From the NCBI GenBank assembly GCA_016297965.1, contig JAEDDP010000001.1:75347-139346 (forward strand): 64,000 nt of DNA, given 5' to 3'. This stretch comes from Alphaproteobacteria bacterium (GTDB taxonomy: Bacteria > Pseudomonadota > Alphaproteobacteria > Rs-D84 > CACZYB01). The position numbers and the translations under genes are program-made. Below the pieces are notes generated by a model. It made no database searches. It saw nothing but the letters and a program-made list of their open reading frames with translations, and was not told where the DNA came from. Shown piece after piece: positions 31,961 through 40,135 of this stretch (position 1 is the stretch's first letter; each line of letters starts with the position of its first letter).

Positions 31961-32305
31961 ATGGCGTTTTACGAAACTGTTTTCGTTTTGAGACAAGATT
32001 TAACTTCACAACAAGTTGAAGATATTTCTAAGGATTTCAAAAAGATACTTTCTGATGGTAATGCAAAATTACTTAAAGAAGAAAACTGGGGACTTCGTTC
32101 TCTTGCTTATAAAATCAAAAAAAATAAAAAGGGACATTATGTTCTTTTGGAAACTGAGGCTTCTGCCGATGCAATTTCTGAATTTGAAAGAAAGTTGGGT
32201 TTAAGCGAAAATGTTTTAAGATTTATGACAATTAAGCTTGAAAAACCAAGTGAAGGTCCTTCACCAATACTTTCACAAAAAGATACAAGAGATGAAAGGA
32301 AATAA
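31961..32305 (+). CDS. rpsF: 30S ribosomal protein S6
   Basis: [14 protein letters not shown]... is typical of S6. Confidence 0.9.
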   Translation: MAFYETVFVLRQDLTSQQVEDISKDFKKILSDGNAKLLKEENWGLRSLAYKIKKNKKGHYVLLETEASADAISEFERKLGLSENVLRFMTIKLEKPSEGPSPILSQKDTRDERK

Positions 32306-32310
32306 ATAAA

Positions 32311-32535
32311 ATGGCTATTCAAGAAAGAGTTATGAGAAAGAAAAATGATCCTTTAAAATCAGTTAATATTGATTATAAAGATGTAAAACTTCTTAGAAAA
32401 TTTATTTCTGAACGTGGTAAAATTGTTCCAAGAAGAATTTCTGGAACTTCTGCTAAAAATCAAAGACAATTGGCTAATGCAATTAAACGTGCAAGATATA
32501 TTGCTTTGTTGCCATACGTTGCAAATAATGATTAG
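32311..32535 (+). CDS. rpsR: 30S ribosomal protein S18
   Basis: The ...[28 protein letters not shown] region. Confidence 0.9.
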   Translation: MAIQERVMRKKNDPLKSVNIDYKDVKLLRKFISERGKIVPRRISGTSAKNQRQLANAIKRARYIALLPYVANND

Positions 32536-32544
32536 GAGATAAAA

Positions 32545-33153
32545 ATGGAAGTTATTTTATTAGAAAAAATTGGTAAACTTGGTCATCTTGGTGACAAGGT
32601 TAATGTAAAAGATGGTTATGCAAGAAATTTCCTTATCCCAACAGGTAAAGCATTAAGAGTAACAAAAGCAAATTTGGAAATGTTTGAAGCTCGTAAGGCT
32701 GAACTTGCAAAGGCAAGTGAGGAAGCAAAGAAAGTTGCATCTGTTCTTTCTTCTAAAATTAAGGGAAAATCTTTTGTTGTTATAAGACAAGCTGGTGATA
32801 CAGGTCATCTTTATGGTTCTGTTTCAACACGTGATTTGTCTGCTGTGTTAAAGGCTTCTGGTGCTGATGTTGATTATACAAAAATCACTATTGATACACC
32901 AATCAAAGAAATTGGTATTTACGAAGTGAAGGTTGCTTTGCACCCAGAAATCATTGACACAATAAAGGTTAATGTTGCAAGATCAGAAGAAGAAGCAAAG
33001 GTTGCCGAAGTTAATGCAGAAAAGGCACGTAAGCTTGCCGAAGAAAAAGCTCTTAAAGCAAAGGCCGAAGAAAAGGCTGCTAAGGAAGCAAAGGAAGCTG
33101 CTCTTCATGCTGAAAAGACAGAAGAAAAGAAGGAAGAAGAAGCAAATGCTTAA
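32545..33153 (+). CDS. rplI: 50S ribosomal protein L9 with a K/E/A-rich C-terminal extension
   Basis: MEVILLEKIGKLGHLGDKVNVKDGYARNFLIP; about 50 extra C-terminal residues rich in A, K and E. Confidence 0.9.
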   Translation: MEVILLEKIGKLGHLGDKVNVKDGYARNFLIPTGKALRVTKANLEMFEARKAELAKASEEAKKVASVLSSKIKGKSFVVIRQAGDTGHLYGSVSTRDLSAVLKASGADVDYTKITIDTPIKEIGIYEVKVALHPEIIDTIKVNVARSEEEAKVAEVNAEKARKLAEEKALKAKAEEKAAKEAKEAALHAEKTEEKKEEEANA

Positions 33154-33535
33154 TTTTCTTTTTATTCATCAAATTTCGCCCATTGGATTTTTCCGTGGGC
33201 GATTTTTTTGTGGTGTGGGTTTGGATGGTTTGTTTTTCTTTTGTTTGATGATTGGGATGAATGGTTGGGGAGTGGATGACAGACTGGTGAGTGTATGACA
33301 ACCGGAGGGACAGACGATGTCTTCCATTTAGGCTTTAATAGTGTGATACTTTACAGATGTTTTTACATTCCGACCACACCGATTTCTACCTTTGAAGCTT
33401 TCATGCCGACAATCCCTATACAAATTTTTTGTAAAGTGAGAATAAAATCATTTACTTATATTCAAAAAAGTGATACAATAGGGAAAGATTTAGACAGAGA
33501 AAGGAAAGAAAATGTCTAGACAAAATAGACGAATC

Positions 33536-33544
33536 GGGGGGGGG
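33536..33544 (+). repeat. G9 homopolymeric tract (candidate slipped-strand phase-variation switch)
   Basis: Nine consecutive G inside the 19-codon ORF 33512..33571, which carries an AAGGAAAG RBS; a -1 or +2 change fuses it to the downstream gene. Confidence 0.6.
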
Positions 33545-33596
33545 TACACCTGCTTGCATAGTTTCATTTAATCGTTGCAACCCATTGAAAAAGCTT

Positions 33597-34811
33597 ATGA
33601 AAGCTTCGTTGAATTTTCTTGTTTTATTTTCATTTATATTTTGTGATGTATCAAGTGTAGTCCTTGCCGGACGAGGAGGTAGAAGTGGTGGTGGAGCCAA
33701 GAAAAGAGCTAATCGTTCGTCAATGCGACCTTCTGTTCGTGTGTCAAACAGGGGCGGTTCGGTGTCGGCAAAGTCCGATGTAAATACAACTTCGTCAAAT
33801 GTTGCGGTTCAACCGCAGGCTGTGGCTCAACCTGTGGTACAGCCAAGCGTGGCGACGGCTCCGGTTGTTGTACAGGCACCTTCGGTTCAGGAGTCAAGTA
33901 CCAATTCCAATGTTAGCAAGCGTTCCGGTGAAAGCGAAAGAATTACAAAGGCCCGCGAAAATTTGGTGGCAAAAATTGATGACGTGAAAAATAAATGTAG
34001 CGGTATTGCCAGTGGGCTTAGATCCCTATATGGATTTACTGGTACCGCGATGGCTATGGGTGCTGTTACTACAATTGCATCTGGTACTTCTTTGGCGGTG
34101 CAAGTTGTAAGAGATAAAAAAGCGAAAAAGGAGGCAAATGTTGCACAGGGGGAAACTGCCGGTGGGACAACCACTGTCAGTGGAAGTACGGAAAATACAG
34201 AAAACGACAAAGGTAATACTAAGGACAATGGAGGTGGAGGAGATACCAATAGTAGTAAGAATAGAATAACGAATTTATCTACTGGCCCTGTACTCCTTTC
34301 GGGTGTGTCTACTGTGACATCGGCGGTGTCGGCGGTTAATTCCAATAAGGCGAAGAAAAGTGCGGCAAGTGTTGCCGGTGATATGTCGGATTGTAATTCT
34401 GCACTTAAAGCCCTTAAACTTGCGAAAAGTAAGTTTGAAATGATTCTTGATGAGGAAGAAGTGTACGATGATGACGCTCAACTTTCACGGGCTGGTACAG
34501 TGCTTTCCGCTTGTCAAAGTTATGATGATGGCAATATTGATACTGTTAAAAAGATGATGAATGTTTCAACCGGTGTTGCGGGTGTTGGTACAGCCGTAAG
34601 CTTGGTTGGTACAGCAACTGCAGTGGTTGGTGTTGCAAAATCAATCAAAGGGCAAGATGATAAAAAGTTGAATAAGATATCAAAGATTGCAACGGGTGCG
34701 ACGGCGGCGACTGGTGCTACGACCGGTGTGATAGGTGGTATTGCCCAAAGTAAGGCGAAAAAGGATTTTGATTCAGCACAACGGTGTGAGTCTGTCCTTC
34801 GGAATATTTAA
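33597..34811 (+). CDS. secreted Gly/Ala/Thr/Val-rich protein with three glycine-zipper-like hydrophobic segments; unknown function
   Basis: Signal peptide MKASLNFLVLFSFIF. Hydrophobic segments GTAMAMGAVTTIASGTSLAV, GVAGVGTAVSLVGTATAVVGVA and IATGATAATGATTGVIGGIA are each followed by K-rich stretches. Codon usage is GC-richer than the neighbours. Alternative TTG start at 33585. Confidence 0.5.
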   Translation: MKASLNFLVLFSFIFCDVSSVVLAGRGGRSGGGAKKRANRSSMRPSVRVSNRGGSVSAKSDVNTTSSNVAVQPQAVAQPVVQPSVATAPVVVQAPSVQESSTNSNVSKRSGESERITKARENLVAKIDDVKNKCSGIASGLRSLYGFTGTAMAMGAVTTIASGTSLAVQVVRDKKAKKEANVAQGETAGGTTTVSGSTENTENDKGNTKDNGGGGDTNSSKNRITNLSTGPVLLSGVSTVTSAVSAVNSNKAKKSAASVAGDMSDCNSALKALKLAKSKFEMILDEEEVYDDDAQLSRAGTVLSACQSYDDGNIDTVKKMMNVSTGVAGVGTAVSLVGTATAVVGVAKSIKGQDDKKLNKISKIATGATAATGATTGVIGGIAQSKAKKDFDSAQRCESVLRNI

Positions 34812-34997
34812 AACTTTTCTTCTTTTTTGATTGGATGGGAGTGGTTGTCGCCACTCCTTTTTATGGACTGGTTGTGGTTTGTGAGAGGTGTGAATGGTGA
34901 GTTTAAGGGTCCTGTTTTAGGAAATAGGCTTTGTGTGAATTGGAAACTGGTGTGGAGGTCAGAATGATTGGGGCGTTCTTATGGAAAGAGTGGTAGG

Positions 34998-35058
34998 TTG
35001 TGTGTCTGTCATCCTGAATCTATGATATGAGGAGTTGATTGTGTGTTCGTCATCCTGA
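34998..35058 (+). repeat. two copies of a 21-nt direct repeat TTGTGTGTYYGTCATCCTGAA
   Basis: Copies at 34998-35018 and 35038-35058, with 2 mismatches. The second copy runs into a perfect 8-bp hairpin ATCCTGAA-ctcg-TTCAGGAT at 35051-35070. Confidence 0.6.
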
Positions 35059-35382
35059 ACTCGTTTCAGGATCTTTTGTGAGAATCGTGAGGCAAAAAAA
35101 TTCCGAAATGAATCTGGAATGACACTATTTAATGTTTTGAAAAACTATCTTTTTCTTGATGATTTGGATTTTTTGCTTACTTCATTTTCATCGGAAACGG
35201 CCCAAACAAAGCTTATCACCCAAAAAAGGAACGTCCAACCCAAAAATAAATTAAGTACAAAAATTCCCGGAAAAATGTTTCTTTTAGTACGCAAAAATTG
35301 ATGGGAGAAAGTATACAATAAAAAGAATAATCAAAAATATAAATGCAAAAAGAACGTCTATTTATAAATCCATTTTGAAACT

Positions 35383-35459
35383 TGGTGGCGCCCCCCAGAC
35401 TCGAACTGGGGACCTGCGGATTATGATTCCGTCGCTCTAACCAACTGAGCTAGGGCGCC
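35383..35459 (-). tRNA. tRNA-Met (CAT), elongator type; tRNA-Ile2 (lysidine) not excluded
   Basis: Reverse complement GGCGCCCTAGCTCAGTTGGTTAGAGCG...ATCATAA...GGTTCGAGTC...GGGCGCCACCA. 7-bp acceptor with a 1:72 pair, anticodon CAT. Confidence 0.75.
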
Positions 35460-35810
35460 AAAGCTTGTTTTATGGTACTATATTCCGTTCATAAAGTCAA
35501 CAATTTTTGGAAAAAAGTTGAATGGAAGGAAGAAGCCTATTCAAAGACTAGGGAAAGGGGATAAATTTGGAGTTAGGTTAATGGTTATAAAAGTATGGAA
35601 TGTTTAAGCAAATTTTGTTTGGAAAAACTTTAAAATTCAAGTCTTATTTAGGACTAACGGCAGAACTAATAGGCGGACAAATAATAGAAAGTACAATAAT
35701 TAAAACACCGCAGGGAAGATTCTACCAAAGTGGGTTGAAAAAGCTATGTTTCTTTTTTCCTGTTTTTGAATATAGCAGTTGCAGTTTAAGAAAATATTCT
35801 GTAATATTAA

Positions 35811-36470
35811 GTGGTAAAAAATGAAAGGCAAAAAATGTCAAAAGGAATTATTTATATTTTTACAAATGATGCAATGCCGAATTTTATAAAAATTGGAATC
35901 ACAACAGATTTAGAAAGAAGGCTAAGAGAACTTGATACGACGGGAATACCGTTGCCTTTTCGTTGTCATTATGCAATAGAAATTGAAGATTATGATAAAA
36001 AGGAAAGATTTATACACGATGCTTTTGCAGATCACAGAATAAGGCAGAATAGGGAATTTTTCACTTTGGCTCCGGAAAGAGCTGTGTCTATGTTGAAAGC
36101 TATTGGAGGCAAGGAGGTTCAATTCGGAAATAATGAAATGATTGATGAAGAAGGTAATGTTGTTGATGATAATAAAACAGAAAAAAAATTGCGTTCTGCA
36201 TTTACATTTTCAGGAGCAAAAATTCCGGTAGGTTCTGAAATTTCCTTTACAAGGGATGAAAATAAAAAGGCAAAAGTTATTTCTGATAAAAAGGTTGAAT
36301 ATGAAGGAAAAGAGTATTCTTTGAGCCTTTTGGCACAAAGCTTGTTTGAACAAATAGGGTATCACTGGAAGTCTGTGCAAGGTCCGGCATATTTTAAATA
36401 TGATGGGGAAATTCTTTCTGATAGAAGGACTAGATTGGAAGAAGAAAATAGTGGAGATGATGCGGAGTAG
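35811..36470 (+). CDS. GIY-YIG-like T5orf172 (PF10544) domain protein with a DUF4357-like C-terminal region
   Basis: GIIYIFTN...IKIGITTDLERRLRELDTTGIPLPF...REFFTL matches T5orf172. Confidence 0.55.
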   Translation: MVKNERQKMSKGIIYIFTNDAMPNFIKIGITTDLERRLRELDTTGIPLPFRCHYAIEIEDYDKKERFIHDAFADHRIRQNREFFTLAPERAVSMLKAIGGKEVQFGNNEMIDEEGNVVDDNKTEKKLRSAFTFSGAKIPVGSEISFTRDENKKAKVISDKKVEYEGKEYSLSLLAQSLFEQIGYHWKSVQGPAYFKYDGEILSDRRTRLEEENSGDDAE

Positions 36471-36608
36471 GGGCTTTGATTGTCATCTGGAAATATGAAA
36501 AAGGAATGGGTTTAAAGAGGTGGATTTCGGTTTGAATTGTTTCTTGATTTTTATGCTATATTCCTTTATATTTACAGGTAGAAAAAACAGAATCGTTTGG
36601 AGTTTTAA

Positions 36609-38084
36609 GTGGATAGACAATCAAAAAATGTAAGTGGAGATTTCCTTCGTAAGCCACCGGCAAGTGTTGAAGCAGAACAGGCGGTGTTGTCGGCGATTAT
36701 TACAAATAATAAGGCATTGGAACGAGTTTCGGAATTTCTTCGTCCGGAACATTTTGTTGAGGTGATGCACCAGAAAATTTATGATGCCTGTCTTCGTTTG
36801 ATTGAAAAGGGGCATTTGGCGGATACCATTACATTGAAGAATTATTTGGAAAGTAATGGAACTTTGGATATGGCAGGCGGTGTTGAATATCTTTCCCAAC
36901 TTGCCAGCTCGTCAATTTCTATTGTAAATGCCTATGATTATGCAAAGCTTGTATATGAATGTGCCCTTAAAAGGAACCTTATTGAAATAGGTACAGATAT
37001 TGTGAATGATGCCTTTGGTGGGTCAAATGGCGATAGTGAGATTTCCGCCGCAAGTCAGATTGATAAGGCGGAAGGACAGCTTTATTCCCTTGCAACATTG
37101 GGGGAAACACAAAGTGGTCCGTCATCGTTGGAAATGACCCTTAGGAACTCTATGCAAACAATTGAGGAAGCTTATCGCGCCGATGGTTCAATTTCCGGAA
37201 TTTCAACGGGAATTAAGGATTTGGATAAAAGCCTTGGTGGATTTCATCCGTCCGATTTGTTGATTGTTGCTGGACGTCCAGGTATGGGAAAGACCGCGTT
37301 TGCTTTGAATCTTGCCGTAAATGTTGCAAATGAAGTGCTTAATCATCGTGGACCGGAAAAGTTGCAGGGGCCAGTTCTTTTTTGTTCCCTTGAAATGTCG
37401 GCGGATCAGCTTGCATCCCGTATTTTGTCATTTGAAGCGGAAGTTAATGGTAATAAAATCCGAAATGGAAGTATAAATGAGGAGGAATTTAACAGACTTG
37501 TTGAATTTCAGCGCGCACTTAAAGATCTTCCAATATTTATTGATGATACGCCGGATATTACCGTTCCGATGATAAGGGCGAGGGCAAGACGTTTGAAACG
37601 GCAGTCCGGTGCGCTTTCCCTTATTGTGATAGACTATGTTCAGTTGTTGAATTCACCGGGTGGAAGAAAGTCCGATAACCGAGTTCAGGAAATTTCGGAA
37701 ATAACCAGAGGGCTTAAAATCCTTGCAAAGGAATTGGATGTGCCGGTTATTGCCTTGTCCCAGTTGTCGCGACTTGTTGAACAACGTGATGATAAGCGAC
37801 CACAGCTTGCCGATCTTCGTGAATCCGGATCTATTGAGCAGGATGCTGACTGTGTTATGTTTGTATATCGTGAGTCGTATTACCATAACAAGACCCGTCC
37901 GATTGATGCGGATGTGACAAGTCAGGAATATATTGCATGGCAGAAAAAGGCGGAACGAATTGAAAATATGGCGGAAATTTTGATTGCAAAGCAACGTCAT
38001 GGTCCAACGGGGGATGTAAAAGTTTCCTTTGTTGGGGAATATTTCAAGTTTGGTGATTTTTATGATGGAAAAATAGAAGGATAA
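36609..38084 (+). CDS. dnaB: replicative DNA helicase DnaB
   Basis: Walker A GRPGMGKTAFALN, Walker B LIVIDYVQLL, N-terminal SVEAEQAVLSAII. GTG start. Confidence 0.9.
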   Translation: MDRQSKNVSGDFLRKPPASVEAEQAVLSAIITNNKALERVSEFLRPEHFVEVMHQKIYDACLRLIEKGHLADTITLKNYLESNGTLDMAGGVEYLSQLASSSISIVNAYDYAKLVYECALKRNLIEIGTDIVNDAFGGSNGDSEISAASQIDKAEGQLYSLATLGETQSGPSSLEMTLRNSMQTIEEAYRADGSISGISTGIKDLDKSLGGFHPSDLLIVAGRPGMGKTAFALNLAVNVANEVLNHRGPEKLQGPVLFCSLEMSADQLASRILSFEAEVNGNKIRNGSINEEEFNRLVEFQRALKDLPIFIDDTPDITVPMIRARARRLKRQSGALSLIVIDYVQLLNSPGGRKSDNRVQEISEITRGLKILAKELDVPVIALSQLSRLVEQRDDKRPQLADLRESGSIEQDADCVMFVYRESYYHNKTRPIDADVTSQEYIAWQKKAERIENMAEILIAKQRHGPTGDVKVSFVGEYFKFGDFYDGKIEG

Positions 38085-38090
38085 TTTATT

Positions 38091-38900
38091 ATGCAAAAAT
38101 TTGTGATTGCTTCGGCGAATGAAAATAAAATAAAAGAATTTCAGGAAATGTTGAAACCTTTTTCTGTAAGGGTGGTTCCATATAAAACCCTTATCAAAGA
38201 CGAAAACTTTGAAATAGAGGAAACAGGAAAAACATTTGAAGAAAATGCAAAGTTGAAGGCGGAAACTATCTGTGAAAAAACGGGTCTTCCTACATTTGCA
38301 GATGACAGTGGTTTTTGTGTGAAAAGTTTGAATGATTTTCCGGGACTTTATTCGGCACGATTTGCCAATGAAGTTGGTGGTTATGATAAGGCATTTGAGG
38401 AAATAAAGAACAGATTGAATGGAAAGTGTAGTGAGGCGCAATTCGTTTGTGTTATTGCATTTGCCAGAAAGGGTGAAAAGACCTTGACCTTTAAGGGGAT
38501 TTGCAATGGGTTTACGGTATTTCCTCCACGTGGTGAAAATGGTTTTGGGTATGATTCAATTTTTGTTCCAAATTCGTATGGACTTACATTTGCGGAAATG
38601 ACAGATGAGGAAAAAAATTCAATAAGTCATAGGTTTGTTGCAACATCAAAATTCCTTAAATTTATGGAAGAATTGAAAAAAGAACAGGAAAGTAAAAAGA
38701 GTGTAAAGGAAGATAGCCCAGTTAAAAAAGTTGCAAAAAGGGTTGTAAAGGAAAAGGTTCAGGTTGTGGAAGATGTCATTATTGCCAAATCGGATACACA
38801 GCCAGAAATTGTTTCTGATGATGTTTTTCAGGTTGAAGTTGATGAAAAGTTTGATGCTCCGGAAGTGCCTTTTTCAAGTGTAGATGATGCAAAAAATTAG
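38091..38900 (+). CDS. rdgB: dITP/XTP pyrophosphatase (Ham1/RdgB) with about 70-aa K/E-rich C-terminal extension
   Basis: N-terminus FVIASANENKIKEF, FADDSGFCV, SHRF; the C-terminal extension is not found in canonical RdgB. Confidence 0.8.
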   Translation: MQKFVIASANENKIKEFQEMLKPFSVRVVPYKTLIKDENFEIEETGKTFEENAKLKAETICEKTGLPTFADDSGFCVKSLNDFPGLYSARFANEVGGYDKAFEEIKNRLNGKCSEAQFVCVIAFARKGEKTLTFKGICNGFTVFPPRGENGFGYDSIFVPNSYGLTFAEMTDEEKNSISHRFVATSKFLKFMEELKKEQESKKSVKEDSPVKKVAKRVVKEKVQVVEDVIIAKSDTQPEIVSDDVFQVEVDEKFDAPEVPFSSVDDAKN

Positions 38901-40020
38901 TATTTATTTACATTTTCCATTTTGTTTGAAAAAATGCAATTATTGCGATTTTGTAAGCTATCCTTGTTTAGGTGATGTTGCCGATTTGTCGGATTATTAT
39001 ATTCGGGAATTGGAGCTTTATTCAAAATTTGTTGGGCGTCGGCTGGTTTCAAGTATTTATTTTGGTGGTGGGACGCCTTCGCTTATGTCCCCAGAGATAA
39101 TTGAAAAAATTATAGAAAAAATTTATTCAAATTTTGATGTGGCAGGTGATGTTGAAATAACATTGGAAGTTAATCCAAAGACTGTGAATGAAGCAAAGTT
39201 AAGGGGCTTTTTTACCGCTGGGGTTAACAGGTTATCCATTGGAATACAATCGTTTGATGATGATGAATTAAGTTTTTTGGGACGGGTGCATTCGGCGGAT
39301 GATGCGTATAATTGTTTGAATATGGCAAGAAAATATTTTGATAATATAAGTTGTGATTTTATTTATGCTCTTCCCAATCAAATGTTTGAAAAATGGTGTG
39401 CGAATCTTGAAAAAATAAAGACTTTGGATGTGAAACATTTATCACTTTATGAATTGATAATTGAACCAAAAACGCCGTTATTTAATATGGTGAAAAGTGG
39501 TAAAATTTTGCCAGTTAATGAAAGATTGGCGGGAAAAATGTTTGAATATACAAACAAAACTTTGCGACATATTTTTCCACAATATGAAATTTCAAATTAT
39601 GGAAAGGTTGGTTTTGAAAGCAGGCATAACCTTAATTATTGGAATGGTGGTGATTATTTGGGTATTGGTGTTAGTGCCAGTGGTCGTATTTGTTTGGATG
39701 GAAAATTTTTTATAACGGAAAATCCAGTTTCGGTTGATGGGTGGAAAAAAAATATTGATTTGGGAGCTTTGGCTGTTCGTCCACTTTCACGGAAAAAGCG
39801 GGCAGAGGAATTTTTAATAATGGGACTTAGGAAAAATAAGGGAATTGATTTTGGTGAATTTAAACAAAATTCCCATTGTGATTTTTTTGATGTTGTGAAT
39901 GAAGATAAGGTTAATATTTTGGTGGGGCAAAAATACCTTTTACTTTCAAAGCGTGGGATAAGGACTTCGGTTCGTGGAAGAAGTGTGTTGGATGCAATTT
40001 TAAGGGAAATTGTTAAATAA
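38884..40020 (+). CDS. hemW: radical-SAM heme chaperone HemW (HemN-like)
   Basis: LHFPFCLKKCNYCDF CxxxCxxC motif; 17-nt overlap with rdgB, a conserved pair. Confidence 0.85.
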   Translation: MMQKISIYLHFPFCLKKCNYCDFVSYPCLGDVADLSDYYIRELELYSKFVGRRLVSSIYFGGGTPSLMSPEIIEKIIEKIYSNFDVAGDVEITLEVNPKTVNEAKLRGFFTAGVNRLSIGIQSFDDDELSFLGRVHSADDAYNCLNMARKYFDNISCDFIYALPNQMFEKWCANLEKIKTLDVKHLSLYELIIEPKTPLFNMVKSGKILPVNERLAGKMFEYTNKTLRHIFPQYEISNYGKVGFESRHNLNYWNGGDYLGIGVSASGRICLDGKFFITENPVSVDGWKKNIDLGALAVRPLSRKKRAEEFLIMGLRKNKGIDFGEFKQNSHCDFFDVVNEDKVNILVGQKYLLLSKRGIRTSVRGRSVLDAILREIVK

Positions 40021-40042
40021 ATATTGCAAAAATAAGTTTATG

Positions 40043-40067
40043 GCCTTCAAAAGAAGGCTTTTTTAAT
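40043..40067 (+). terminator. intrinsic terminator after hemW
   Basis: GCCTTC-aaaa-GAAGGC followed by T6. Confidence 0.5.
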
Positions 40068-40135
40068 TCTTCCTTGCTTTATATTATAAAATTTTATATG
40101 ATGATTTATCATAATTTAATAGAGGATATATTGAT

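Noticed and set aside
33887-34345. 152-aa minus-strand ORF inside the island secreted-protein gene.
   Set aside because: It is an antisense shadow of a GC-richer coding region; the + strand ORF has a signal peptide and coherent periodic segments.
35119-35301. 60-aa ORF between the repeat block and tRNA-Met.
   Set aside because: No RBS and low-complexity composition; it lies in a region better explained as noncoding element remnant.
37653-38441. 262-aa minus-strand ORF spanning the dnaB 3' end and the rdgB 5' end.
   Set aside because: It is antisense to two well-supported genes, F/K/I/N-rich with no motif, and has no RBS context; it is a long ORF by chance in AT-rich DNA.
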